A stretch of DNA of 64,000 nt from Pseudomonadota bacterium (GCA_022572885.1 JACZVC010000002.1:63135-127134), one strand, 5' to 3'; counted from the first letter of the stretch, positions 11,637 to 21,363 are shown. Notes: generated by a model not told the origin, from the sequence alone. Numbers and translations: made by a program.

Positions 11637-12761
11637 TCAGGTATCCGTCTCTTTCCCAAGGGGCGGGGTGCTCTCGTCGTTTTGTTCCTGCGGGAGCTTG
11701 TTTCTGGCGCCGGTCAACGAGTCGAATGCGCTTCTCATGATCCAGGCCTGGGCGGCCGGAATGCTGCCCCATTGCCCTGGGTCGCGAGCCGTCGCGGCTT
11801 CCAACAGAACCCTTTCGAGAAAGCGGCTGGCGATTTTGCACCGGTCATTGAGCCGATAGAGAATTTGGTAACTCGCCCCTTCATAAATCCGGAAACAGGC
11901 TAGCGGGTCTCCCTCGTTGTAAACCACGGCACCGGACCTTATGGCGTTGTTAATTACTGAGTCAATTAATGACAAATCATCGCTGCTGCACAGAGCCTCC
12001 ATACCCGGTCGCATTTCGTCCAGTTCTGTTTTCAGATCGGCAATTCGCTCGCGCACTTTTTTCAGGTTTCGTTCCGCAGGCCTGTTTTGGGCGGCCGCAA
12101 CCATTGTTTGCAGGACATTTGCCGGAATTGCCAGGTGTACTGGCCGACCGGCACGCACAAACGAAGTCAGCATGCCAATCACTTCTCCATCCATGTTCAG
12201 AACTGGTCCGCCATTCATGCCCGGGATAAAATCATTGGAGATTTGCAGCAACTCGTTAGTACCGCGATGCCTGAACCGTGAAACAATTTTTCCCTGCGAC
12301 AAAGTGACGTTGACGCCCTTGGGACTGCCAATCGCAATGATTTCTTCACCTATTTTTGCCGGCTGCGCCGCGCCGGTATACAGCGGTAGCGGAACGGGGG
12401 CGTCGCTGCGCAGCAGGGCGACTCCCCAGTTTGAATCGGTCAGCGCAACCAACTCGAGAGCCTCGGTCCGTTGGTCCGCCAGCAACATTTCAATGCGCAC
12501 GGTCCCATCGAGAATGTTCAGATTGGTGGCGATCAGGCCGTCCTCGGATACGACGAATCCGCTGCCAATGTTGCGCAGTCCGTCATTGGCTCCGTAGGCA
12601 AGGAGAGTTACGACCGATGGTCTCGCGCTGTCGAGAATCTTCCACAATGCATCGTCGATCTCGCCGGTTTCCGGCTTTTGCGCCGATAATGGCGCAGCGA
12701 GAAAAAGCAGCGGTACAAGCCTCAACAGAAATGAAAATTCCTTTACAGAATGTCGGGTCAT
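11637..12761 (-). CDS. Secreted trypsin-like (S1C/HtrA-fold) protein with all three catalytic residues substituted; unknown C-terminal domain, no PDZ
   Basis: Signal peptide present. The HtrA-like scaffold GSGFVVSEDGLIATNLNIL has Asn where TNxHV has His. WGVALL has Gly where D[IL]A[VL]L has Asp. GMNGGPVL has Asn where GNSGGP has Ser. Confidence 0.75.
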   Translation of the reverse strand: MTRHSVKEFSFLLRLVPLLFLAAPLSAQKPETGEIDDALWKILDSARPSVVTLLAYGANDGLRNIGSGFVVSEDGLIATNLNILDGTVRIEMLLADQRTEALELVALTDSNWGVALLRSDAPVPLPLYTGAAQPAKIGEEIIAIGSPKGVNVTLSQGKIVSRFRHRGTNELLQISNDFIPGMNGGPVLNMDGEVIGMLTSFVRAGRPVHLAIPANVLQTMVAAAQNRPAERNLKKVRERIADLKTELDEMRPGMEALCSSDDLSLIDSVINNAIRSGAVVYNEGDPLACFRIYEGASYQILYRLNDRCKIASRFLERVLLEAATARDPGQWGSIPAAQAWIMRSAFDSLTGARNKLPQEQNDESTPPLGKETDT

Positions 12762-12813
12762 GCCAAATATCCTGGCTGCAGGCTTCTGTTCGACGACCTC
12801 TTGCGCTGTGAAT

Positions 12814-14307
12814 TCATCTGACTACCTTGATTATTTTTCCGGCAACCGGTTCGCCATCCGGGTAGGCCCTGTTCAGCAGGCGCAGATGATCCTCGGCATG
12901 CGAGCCGATAACCGAATTTTCCGCCAGACTCGCAAAGCTTGATTTCCCATCAGCTCTGCGCAGCGATATGACCGGTAGCCTGGCCGCACGAAAATCCGCG
13001 TCGTTCATTCGGTCGAAACTGAAAATGGCTTTGATAAATTCCGGATCTGCAGAGATGTTGTGCCGATCGTTTTTGCCCGCTCCGGCGAATATGAATCCGA
13101 CTCTTCTTTTTGGATCCGCAATAAATGCGTAGCGCACCGGCCGTTTACCGTATACCGACTCCGAATAATCTCCAATTGCGAGAAAAGACGGCAAACCATC
13201 GATCGTGATATTGCTCGAATCACGGATATTTCTGGCGCCCATGTTCTGACGAAGAATGGTTTTTGGCACGGCGCGTTTCGGAATTGGCAGTGCGCTGAAA
13301 TACAGCGCAGCATTGCCGTCCGGCGATGTCGCGATGACCTGGTCGTCGCGAATACCAATCGCCCAGCCCTCAGGGAACGTGACTTTTATACCGAGTCTCA
13401 GGTCGTAAAACTTGTGGGCCCGGATCACACGATTTCTGCGGGATTCGCCGAATACCAGACCGTTGATCCGGCTGAGATAGGCTTCCGCGTTAACCACGGC
13501 ATTCGGCCTGACCTGCAGTTTGTCAGCCGCCCCGACGACCTCCTGCAACCTGGTGTCATTGTCGGGGTGGGTAGCGAAAATTCCGTGGTACACCTGTGCT
13601 TTGCGCCCCTCCTGGCGTGCTCTTTCAACCTCGAACATCTCCTTTTGCTTCATCACGCGGAGCACATCAATGATGGATTCCGGGTCATAACCGGCTTTCG
13701 CCAGGTATTCCGCGCCCAATCCGTCAGCCTGCAGTTCGGCTTTCCGGCCAAAACCGCTCAACAAGGCGCCGCCGACGTAACTGGTCAGCACGCCCCCCGT
13801 TTGCAGCGGCGTAAGCATCCCGGCGACCGCAGAGAGCGCCTTGACAATCGATGATTTGCCGTGCTGCCTGACCGCGTGGCGTGCGGTGACATGGGCGATT
13901 TCATGGCCAACGATGGCGGCAAGTTCTGCCTCCGTATTCAGATAGGCCATGATTCCGCGGGTGATATAGATATACCCGCCAGGCGTGGCAAATGCGTTGA
14001 CCTGGTCATCGTCAAGAACGGTAAAACGATACTGTATGTTTGGCCGGTGACTGACTGCGGCCAGTTTCTGGCCGATGTCGTTGACATAGTTTTGCAATCT
14101 CTGATCCTGGTAAATGCCGTACTGCCGGATGATCTGCGGGTGTAGTCGGGCGCCGAGCTGTAGCTCGTCTTCTTCAGACATCAGGACGAAATCGGAACCA
14201 CCGGTCGGATTGGATGCGCAAGATGACAGTAACAGCCCCGCCATCGCTGCCAGCAACGCCAGGCAAGCAGGTTTTTGAAGGATTCCTGTTATCGGTTTTG
14301 TGTACAT
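12814..14307 (-). CDS. M48-family zinc metallopeptidase lipoprotein
   Basis: Lipobox LLLSSC. Intact HEIAHVTARH (HExxH) in an M48-like context. About 200 aa of uncharacterised C-terminal extension. Confidence 0.85.
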   Translation of the reverse strand: MYTKPITGILQKPACLALLAAMAGLLLSSCASNPTGGSDFVLMSEEDELQLGARLHPQIIRQYGIYQDQRLQNYVNDIGQKLAAVSHRPNIQYRFTVLDDDQVNAFATPGGYIYITRGIMAYLNTEAELAAIVGHEIAHVTARHAVRQHGKSSIVKALSAVAGMLTPLQTGGVLTSYVGGALLSGFGRKAELQADGLGAEYLAKAGYDPESIIDVLRVMKQKEMFEVERARQEGRKAQVYHGIFATHPDNDTRLQEVVGAADKLQVRPNAVVNAEAYLSRINGLVFGESRRNRVIRAHKFYDLRLGIKVTFPEGWAIGIRDDQVIATSPDGNAALYFSALPIPKRAVPKTILRQNMGARNIRDSSNITIDGLPSFLAIGDYSESVYGKRPVRYAFIADPKRRVGFIFAGAGKNDRHNISADPEFIKAIFSFDRMNDADFRAARLPVISLRRADGKSSFASLAENSVIGSHAEDHLRLLNRAYPDGEPVAGKIIKVVR

Positions 14308-14663
14308 GATGACTGTCTTCCTTTTTTGGACCGTCGCGGATTCGATCAGTTACCCGCGCCGATGGCCTGACCTTGAAACTATACCGAGGTGGTCCGCTCA
14401 TCAAGTGTGAGCCACTTTTGTTCCTGGCGCCGGTCAGATTGCAGGTGAGCCTGCGGTGCAATGGCGCATCACTTGCTTTCGAGGAGGCCGGTGGTGTAAA
14501 AAAGAGGCTGCCCCGGAGCGGTTAATCACTGATAAATGGCGCGTTGCAGCATAAGCGAGTCTGAACTTTTGCGTTGCTTGGCGGGTCATTTAATTATAGG
14601 AGAAATTGGCTCTGCCACTCATCAGCAGGAAAAGTCGATAGCGAGGTTAAGGTCGTGGAGAGA

Positions 14664-14969
14664 ATGTTGAAATTGGTGTCGGCGGCGACTATTTGTGCTG
14701 GTGCGGTGCTTGTTGCCGGCTGTGCCAGCAGCACGGTCCCGTTTGAACCGACACTCAAACAGGAAGTCGCCGCGCAAACCCATGTTGAAACCGAGACCCG
14801 CGTAGTCACGGGTTCGCGCATCAAGCGCACGATCGACCCCGACAACCCGAATAAGGATAGCTTAACCAATATTACGATTTTGGGTTCAGAAGAACTGAAG
14901 AATCATGGATCGATTGAAAGTGCGCTCAGGCCTTTGATTAACATGCGGGGCAATCGGGGCGGGGGATAA
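14664..14969 (+). CDS. Small lipoprotein (101 aa) with a TonB-box-like/plug-start-like segment
   Basis: Lipobox LVAGC. ETRVVTGSRIKR resembles the [DE]T[IL]VVT[AG] TonB box and the VVTGSRI variant of TonB-dependent receptors. NITILGSEELKNHGSIESALRPL resembles the beginning of a plug domain. The ORF starts at 14574, but the ATG at 14664 gives a proper signal peptide. Confidence 0.6.
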   Translation: MLKLVSAATICAGAVLVAGCASSTVPFEPTLKQEVAAQTHVETETRVVTGSRIKRTIDPDNPNKDSLTNITILGSEELKNHGSIESALRPLINMRGNRGGG

Positions 14970-15050
14970 ATCCTGTTGTCCACCTGTCTGCGGCAGGGGC
15001 GGTAAACATGAAGTCATCCGAGCTGGTCAGACCCCGATGTTGTCGGGCTG

Positions 15051-16730
15051 TTGTGTCTGCCTGCATTCTGTGAGGCACTCGGCTGTCAAGTGATTTTTGC
15101 AACTACAAAAGAACTTTTTTCCTTCGCGGCATCGGCGATGGTGCTTACCGCCGGTTTCCTCGTTTTGCCAGCGTATGCCCATGCCCAGGACGAACCCAGC
15201 GCTGAGGCAGCGGCCACGACGATCGCAGACTCGACCGATCAGGCGAACCCGGAAGTAACGGCGGCTGACTCGCGGGTTGAGACGGCGCCGGCGCAAGATC
15301 AGGCATCACCGGGTTCAGACGATGATACAGACGACCGCGTTGTTTCAGCAAAGCCACAGCCGGGCGATCGGTCCACCGCGAGCTTGATCGAGGAATCGCG
15401 GAAAATGTCTGTCGGCGAACGCTATCCGGAGGCATTGGATTACGCGTTGTTCGCGGTTGCGCAGGAAGACCGTTCAGAAGACCCGTATAACCCGGCGTTG
15501 ATCGAGCCGCTGATCAACCTGGCGGGCGCCCAGAAAAAATTGCAACTCGATCGGGAGGCGGCGCAATCCATCGAACGCGCCATAGACCTGATCGAGAGAG
15601 ACGGCGGTATTTATGATGCCCGGCTGGTAGCGGCGATTAACGACGCGGGCCGCCTGCTGCAAAAAGGCGGCGAACATGAGCGGGCGATCGGGTTGTTTCT
15701 GCGTTCTCAGCATATCAGTCATCGAATAGACGGAGTTTTCAGCCCTGACCAGGTGCCGGCTCTTGAGCAAATGACGCGCAGTTATATAATTACGAAGAAT
15801 CTGGACAAAGCGAATTCAGCGCAGAATTTTCGCTATATGGTGGATATTCATCGATTTGGACGAGTTTCGATCCTATTGGTGCCATCGATGGTCAAGCTGG
15901 CCAGGTTCAAGTCGAGTCTGAGGCTGTATGACGATGCCCGGAAGCTCTATGCCGAGGCGATACAGGTAACCGAAAAATCCCTCGGGGAAAAAGATCTTGC
16001 GCTGGTCGATTTGCTGCTGGGGCTGGCATCGGTAAGGCAGGATCACCACGAACTCCGCGAATTCCGGGAATACCGCAGGCAACAGGCCGAGCAACTCAGA
16101 CGCGAGGCCAGCATTGGCCATTATGATGCTCCGCCGCAAACCGCCGTTTTGTCCTCTGATACGGCAAGGAGACGCCAGGCTCCGGCCAGGGTACAAGGGG
16201 CTAGCCCGGGGCAGGCGCTGGCGGCACTCACCCGTGCGGTACAGATTGTGGATCATCACCAGGAAAAAGTGCCGTTCGCCGATCGGGTCGCAATATATGT
16301 CAACCTGGGCGACACCTATATGGTGTTAAGGAAAAAAAGAAACGGGATTACAACTTATCAGCAGGCGATGAAACTTATGGATACGGAGGGCAAGGCGCAG
16401 GATCTGACAGAGCAATATTTTGGCCGCCCCAGGCGTCTCCAATACAAGAAGCCACGCCCCGTGGCCAGCGCTGTCGGAAGATACGCCGATTACGACGGCA
16501 CCTTTGCCGAAGCGTCATTCGTGGTTCAGGCCGACGGATCCGTCGATGATATTGAAATGGTCGCGTCCAACGCACCTTTCCCCCTGCGCACCATGTTCAG
16601 AAAAGAAGTGCGCAGGTCCATCTACAGGCCACGATTTGTCGATGGCGAGCCGGTCGCCACCAAAGAGCATCTCAGGGAAGAGTTTTCCGGTACCGCGTTA
16701 CCGGCCAATAAAACGCCGACCGGTAACTGA
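15051..16730 (+). CDS. TPR-like + TonB C-terminal-domain protein, paralogue 1
   Basis: N-terminal signal/anchor (start ambiguous: 15051, GTG 15090 or ATG 15138), then an acidic linker and TPR-like helices. The C-terminus GTFAEASFVVQADGSVDDIEMVASNAPFPLRTMFRKEVRRSIYRPRFVDGEPV follows the TonB_C pattern (compare E. coli TonB GQVKVKFDVTPDGRVDNVQIL...FEREVKNAMRRWRYEPG). Confidence 0.75.
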   Translation: MCLPAFCEALGCQVIFATTKELFSFAASAMVLTAGFLVLPAYAHAQDEPSAEAAATTIADSTDQANPEVTAADSRVETAPAQDQASPGSDDDTDDRVVSAKPQPGDRSTASLIEESRKMSVGERYPEALDYALFAVAQEDRSEDPYNPALIEPLINLAGAQKKLQLDREAAQSIERAIDLIERDGGIYDARLVAAINDAGRLLQKGGEHERAIGLFLRSQHISHRIDGVFSPDQVPALEQMTRSYIITKNLDKANSAQNFRYMVDIHRFGRVSILLVPSMVKLARFKSSLRLYDDARKLYAEAIQVTEKSLGEKDLALVDLLLGLASVRQDHHELREFREYRRQQAEQLRREASIGHYDAPPQTAVLSSDTARRRQAPARVQGASPGQALAALTRAVQIVDHHQEKVPFADRVAIYVNLGDTYMVLRKKRNGITTYQQAMKLMDTEGKAQDLTEQYFGRPRRLQYKKPRPVASAVGRYADYDGTFAEASFVVQADGSVDDIEMVASNAPFPLRTMFRKEVRRSIYRPRFVDGEPVATKEHLREEFSGTALPANKTPTGN

Positions 16731-16741
16731 GCGGGTTCGCA

Positions 16742-18265
16742 ATGCCAATCAATCTTTGTCACCGGCCAGCCGCGACTGTGTTTTTGATCGCCGGCATGGT
16801 TTTTACTCAGCAAGTCGTCCGATCGGCGGAGTCAGACACCACTGATATCGACAGCGCCCCAACGCCGGTTGTCGAATTCCAGGTACTTTTCACGGCGGGC
16901 CGCTATGCGGATGCACTGGCGGTTGCCGCACGCGTGGCCGACCAGGCCTCGGATTACCAGTCCGCAACCCGGGCATCATTGGTTGAGCCGTTGATGAAGC
17001 TCGCCATGGTTCAGAAGCGCTCGGGCGATTATCTCATGGCGACTCGAGCGGCTGAGTCAGCCATCGAGTTGATCGAAAGAAATGGCGGGGTGTTCGACCC
17101 GGAACTGATCGAGCCACTCATTTTCCTGGCGCAGCTGGAGCAAGACAATGGGCATCACCCGGCGGCACTGGAAAGATTGAACCGGGCGCAACACATTTTG
17201 CATCGAGCGGAAGGCGTGATGAGCCATCTGCAGTTGCCGATACTGGCTTATATGACCAAAAGTTATACCGCGATGAAGCAAACAGAAAACACCAACACGA
17301 TGATCGAGCAGGCCTTTGCTATCAAGTCGCGCGATCTGGACCAGGATTCTATCGAATACGTACCGATTGTACTCGAACAGGCCGAAATCAGAGCCTTTAA
17401 CGGGCAGTTTCGTAAGGCAAGAGAACTGATTTACTTTGCCATGGAAATTCTCGACCAATCCTTAGCGGAAAATGATCCCGGTTTTGTCGATGCCTTGAAT
17501 GGTCTGGCGTTCGTTCGTTACCAGGAGCAGGCTAGCAGCAGTGCGAAACCCAAGCTGATCGCGTCCAGCCTGGTAGCCCCACGCATCCGCTTTCCAATCA
17601 TTGCCCGGACCGCTGAGTCAAACGATGACCGAAGACCTGAGCATACCGATGGCCGAAGACTTAAGCTAGCCGATATCCGGATCCCCACCCAATTCGAACG
17701 AGAAATCGTAACGGAACCTCCAATAAGATTACTGTCTCAAGGCCGTAGGGAAGGTACCCGGGCCCTGCAAAAAATGATCCACATCATGGAGCAGCATCGC
17801 GAGCGCTTTTCCGCAATCAAGCGTGCGGAGGCCCATATCTGGCTGGGAGACTGGTACATGATTATCCGCAAGCCCGACCTTGCGGACGACTCTTACCGTG
17901 CCGCCTGGCAAAGACTTGCCGATGAAGGCCAGGCCACGGACCTGTTGGCAAGCTACTTTGGCCAGCCAAAAAGATTAAAGTACCGCAAACCGGCGATACC
18001 GCGAAAAGGTGCGGGTATGTATGAAAATTATGACGGCAAATATGTCGAAGTCAGGTATTCGGTCGATGAAAACGGCAGGGTGCGCAAATTGAAGCTAGGC
18101 GATTCCAATTCGCCGGCAGCCATGAATACCAAAGTGCGATCCGCGGTCAAGCGCGCAATTTTCCGGCCAAGATATGAAGACGGACAGGCAGTGGCTACCG
18201 ATAATTTATTTTTCCGGGAAGAGTTTTCGGGCATGCTGTGGTGGCTGGCCGACGCGACCGACTAA
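16742..18265 (+). CDS. TPR-like + TonB C-terminal-domain protein, paralogue 2
   Basis: Same architecture as paralogue 1. The C-terminus is GKYVEVRYSVDENGRVRKLKLGDSNSPAAMNTKVRSAVKRAIFRPRYEDGQAV. Long collinear identity with paralogue 3 (e.g. AIELIERNGGVFDPELIEPLIFLAQLEQD / NRAQHILHR). Confidence 0.78.
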   Translation: MPINLCHRPAATVFLIAGMVFTQQVVRSAESDTTDIDSAPTPVVEFQVLFTAGRYADALAVAARVADQASDYQSATRASLVEPLMKLAMVQKRSGDYLMATRAAESAIELIERNGGVFDPELIEPLIFLAQLEQDNGHHPAALERLNRAQHILHRAEGVMSHLQLPILAYMTKSYTAMKQTENTNTMIEQAFAIKSRDLDQDSIEYVPIVLEQAEIRAFNGQFRKARELIYFAMEILDQSLAENDPGFVDALNGLAFVRYQEQASSSAKPKLIASSLVAPRIRFPIIARTAESNDDRRPEHTDGRRLKLADIRIPTQFEREIVTEPPIRLLSQGRREGTRALQKMIHIMEQHRERFSAIKRAEAHIWLGDWYMIIRKPDLADDSYRAAWQRLADEGQATDLLASYFGQPKRLKYRKPAIPRKGAGMYENYDGKYVEVRYSVDENGRVRKLKLGDSNSPAAMNTKVRSAVKRAIFRPRYEDGQAVATDNLFFREEFSGMLWWLADATD

Positions 18266-19749
18266 TGAATCGGGGCAGTACGAGAATCCGGTACTTTGAG
18301 CGACCGGCTGCTGCCATACTCTTGATCATCGTCGCCCTGGTTCCCCATCAGACCGTCCGGTCGGCGGAATCGGGCACGGGCAATTCAGACAACGACCCGG
18401 CAGCCGCCCAGGAATTCCAGGGGCTTGCCACATCGAACCAGTCCTCGGATGAAATGGGGTTCGCTTCCCGCATTCTCGGTCAAGGCTTTGAATACGGCGC
18501 CGATAGCGGGGAATTACTCATTGAATCGTTGATGAAAGACGCGATGGTTCGGCGACAAGCGGGCGAAAATCTTCGCGCAGAGCGGGCCGCCGGGTTGGCG
18601 ATTGAACTCATCGAAAGAGACGGTGGCGTGTTCGACCCGGCCCTGGTGGAGCCGCTCGTTTTTCTGGCGCAGTTGCAACAAGACGGTGGCGACCATCCGG
18701 CGGCAATCGAGCGATTGAACCGGGCGCAACATATTTTGCATCGGACTGACGGAGTGATGACCAGTCTGCAATTGCCGATCCTGGATCTGATGAACAAAAG
18801 CTTTGCCGCGATGGAGCAAGTTGACGAGGTTCGCATGATTACCGAGCTGAACTATGCCATCAATGTGCGTCATCTGGACAAGAGTTCTCTCGAGTTTGTG
18901 CCATTTATCCTCGACCAGGCCGAATACAAAGCCAGTATCTGGCAGTTTCGAGTGGCAAGAGAACTGTATTCGGATGCGCTGGGAATTCTTGAGCAATCCT
19001 TGTCGAAAAACGATCCGGGTTTTGTCGATGTCTTGAATGGCCTCGCGTCTGTTCGCTACCAGGAGCAGTTGTACGGCGTGCCCGGTTCCCGGCTGATTGC
19101 GCGTCGGACGGCATCGACGATTCAGACCTCGAACAAAGAGATGCAGAGTACCCTGCATATCGGAAAGATCCTTGGGCGAGAATGGGGCCCGAAACTTTCG
19201 CCTAAACGCGGTCGCAAGGAAGGCACCCGGACGCTGCAGACGGTGATTGGCATCATGGAAGCACATCCCGAGCGCTTTCCCGCGGTTCGGCGTGCGCAGG
19301 CCCATCTCCGGTTGGGAGACTGGTATATGGTGATTCGCAAGCCCCGTCTCGCAGATGGCGCATACCGCAGCGCCTGGCAATTATTTGCCGATGAAGCAGA
19401 TGCTGCGAAATTGCTGGCAAGCAACTTTGGCCAACCGAAAAAATTGAAATACTCCAAGCCGTCCTTGCCGCGCTCCGGTCCGGGCAGGTACGAAAATTAC
19501 GACCACCGATATGTCGTAGTCAGCTACTCGGTAAACGAAGAAGGCGCAGTGCGCAACCTGAGGTTTGTCGAGTCAAATGTTCCCGCGGCGATGAACCTGA
19601 AAATGCGAGACGCCGTCAAGCGGGCCATTTACCGGCCACGTTACATAAACGCACAAGCGGTGGTTACCGACGATTGTTATTTACGGCAAGAATTCTCCGG
19701 CACTGCATACGAAGTGCATCAGCGAGCCTCCGGGGAGCCTGTGCAGTAG
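18265..19749 (+). CDS. TPR-like + TonB C-terminal-domain protein, paralogue 3
   Basis: The ATG at 18265 overlaps the stop of paralogue 2 (TAATG). Shared blocks include AIELIERDGGVFDPALVEPLVFLAQLQQD, NRAQHILHR and a TonB_C-like C-terminus (HRYVVVSYSVNEEGAVRNLRFVESN...RDAVKRAIYRPRY). Confidence 0.78.
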   Translation: MNRGSTRIRYFERPAAAILLIIVALVPHQTVRSAESGTGNSDNDPAAAQEFQGLATSNQSSDEMGFASRILGQGFEYGADSGELLIESLMKDAMVRRQAGENLRAERAAGLAIELIERDGGVFDPALVEPLVFLAQLQQDGGDHPAAIERLNRAQHILHRTDGVMTSLQLPILDLMNKSFAAMEQVDEVRMITELNYAINVRHLDKSSLEFVPFILDQAEYKASIWQFRVARELYSDALGILEQSLSKNDPGFVDVLNGLASVRYQEQLYGVPGSRLIARRTASTIQTSNKEMQSTLHIGKILGREWGPKLSPKRGRKEGTRTLQTVIGIMEAHPERFPAVRRAQAHLRLGDWYMVIRKPRLADGAYRSAWQLFADEADAAKLLASNFGQPKKLKYSKPSLPRSGPGRYENYDHRYVVVSYSVNEEGAVRNLRFVESNVPAAMNLKMRDAVKRAIYRPRYINAQAVVTDDCYLRQEFSGTAYEVHQRASGEPVQ

Positions 19750-19759
19750 GAATACCCGT

Positions 19760-20512
19760 TTACCCGCCTTCGGTCAGAAAGGATTGGATCTGCTTCGCCA
19801 AGCCGTTGCAGGCGACCTTGGCGGTTCGTGCTATCAGCGGGATCGGAATGACCAGCGCCGGCATGTAGGACGTACCCTTGGCGTCCGCGCTGATGATGCC
19901 AGCCACTTGCTGTCTCTTCAGATCCCAGATCGATGCCTCATAGCTCGATTCTTTTTCGCGCCAGGTAATCCCCAGGCAGCCTCCGCCGGCTGCGCCAAAT
20001 GCGCAGGTCATCGTCCCGCCCTGGTCCAGTGTTTCGGTGCTGCCATCGATCCAGATGACATAGCGCACCCCGATGTCGTTGATACGCTCCAGAACCCCGG
20101 GTTTGGCGAACAGGGCGGGCAATTCATAGGGGTTGTTTGGCGCCAGCCGTGGCTCGAAGTAGGGAAACATCAGATCGATGAATTTCGCCTGTTCGGTTAT
20201 ACGCAAGGGGTTCTTGCTCGATTGCAGTTTTTTCGAGACGCATTCGGTAAAAGACTTTTCGGTTTCCTGCGCCGTATGTGTTCGCCGGGTCAAAACGACT
20301 ACTGATTCAAATTCCTGGATGGCCTCGGCGGGTTGGTTATCGGCAACGTGCCGAAATTCTTCGATCCGGGAACTCACGCAGGCGCCCAGCATGGCAACGC
20401 ATGCGCACAGTCCCGCCAAAATGACAGGCCGGGTATGGAAAGTTTTTATTGCGTATTTACTCAGAATTTGCCTCTCCCCGGCTTTGCGCAATGGCACTCG
20501 ATGCCCTGTCAA
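19760..20512 (-). CDS. Hypothetical lipoprotein (family not recognised)
   Basis: Lipobox AMLGAC. The start is uncertain (TTG 20512, GTG 20497 or TTG 20491), and every option overlaps the upstream gene. No motif recognised. Confidence 0.55.
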   Translation of the reverse strand: MTGHRVPLRKAGERQILSKYAIKTFHTRPVILAGLCACVAMLGACVSSRIEEFRHVADNQPAEAIQEFESVVVLTRRTHTAQETEKSFTECVSKKLQSSKNPLRITEQAKFIDLMFPYFEPRLAPNNPYELPALFAKPGVLERINDIGVRYVIWIDGSTETLDQGGTMTCAFGAAGGGCLGITWREKESSYEASIWDLKRQQVAGIISADAKGTSYMPALVIPIPLIARTAKVACNGLAKQIQSFLTEGG

Positions 20513-21122
20513 TATACCTGGTTACACCGGGTTGCCGTGGAAAATCAAGGGTCAGGCTTGCCGCCGCATCGCGTAACGCGACCATCAGCGCCTCTTTGAC
20601 CGATTCTTTCTTGTGCAGCGGGTACTCGGGCGCTTTGCCGTACGCGTTGATGATCCAGTCAGCGACCAGGTCTCCCTCGGGCGAAAAAACGTCGATCTGG
20701 TACTTGAACGAAATCGAGAAAAATTCCAGGGGCGTTGCCGAAGGATCGAGCAAACCGAAATCGACAAACGAAGGCACGACGATCAGGTCGACATTCTCAA
20801 CCGTTGCGCCAGCGCTCGGTTTGTCCTCCAGTACAACGACCTGGTCGCTTAAATTGACAAAAACCTGGCTGAACATTTGCACGCTGGCTGTGCCCAGGTG
20901 CACTTTCCAGTCGTTTCTCTGGTAGAGCACTTCTTCGGGTGTGTAGTTTTCGAATTCCGGCGCAAAATACAAGCCGACGCTCAGCGGGACCCTTTCGCCC
21001 AGCGGCGCCGGAAAACTGCCGCTGACCTCGATGATATTGACGCAGGCGGCCAGGAATGCTGCTGAGAGGGCGAGAAAACCAAGCCGGAAAAAGGCTGAAG
21101 AAAATAAATTCTTTAATTTCAT
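20457..21122 (-). CDS. Hypothetical lipoprotein (family not recognised)
   Basis: The ATG at 21122 gives MKLKNLFSSAFFRLGFLALSAAFLAAC (lipobox LAAC). The ORF part upstream of it is not signal-like. Confidence 0.6.
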   Translation of the reverse strand: MKLKNLFSSAFFRLGFLALSAAFLAACVNIIEVSGSFPAPLGERVPLSVGLYFAPEFENYTPEEVLYQRNDWKVHLGTASVQMFSQVFVNLSDQVVVLEDKPSAGATVENVDLIVVPSFVDFGLLDPSATPLEFFSISFKYQIDVFSPEGDLVADWIINAYGKAPEYPLHKKESVKEALMVALRDAAASLTLDFPRQPGVTRYIDRASSAIAQSRGEANSE

Positions 21123-21363
21123 AAAGTTACTTGCTTCATTTAAAGTAAACTCAAACGCAGCCCCGCGCGACGCCCTTTTCCCTCGGTCTTCGTTCAAATA
21201 CGAACCGCAGATAGCTGAATAGTTCCGCCCGTTGTCGTAGAACTTTAACCGCCAATCCAGTCTAATCAAGGGAGTGTAGCTTACTGGCCAGCAAAGCGTT
21301 CTTGTGGCCAGGGGAAGCGGGCGAGTATCCTTGGGGCCGCGGGCAATCGCGGAAATGGTTGAT

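Noticed and set aside
14537-14548. TGGCgcgTTGCA resembling a sigma-54 -24/-12 promoter upstream of the small lipoprotein gene
   Set aside because: The GG and GC elements are about 8 nt apart instead of the required 12. The TGGC...TTGCA at 21365-21376 fails on spacing in the same way.
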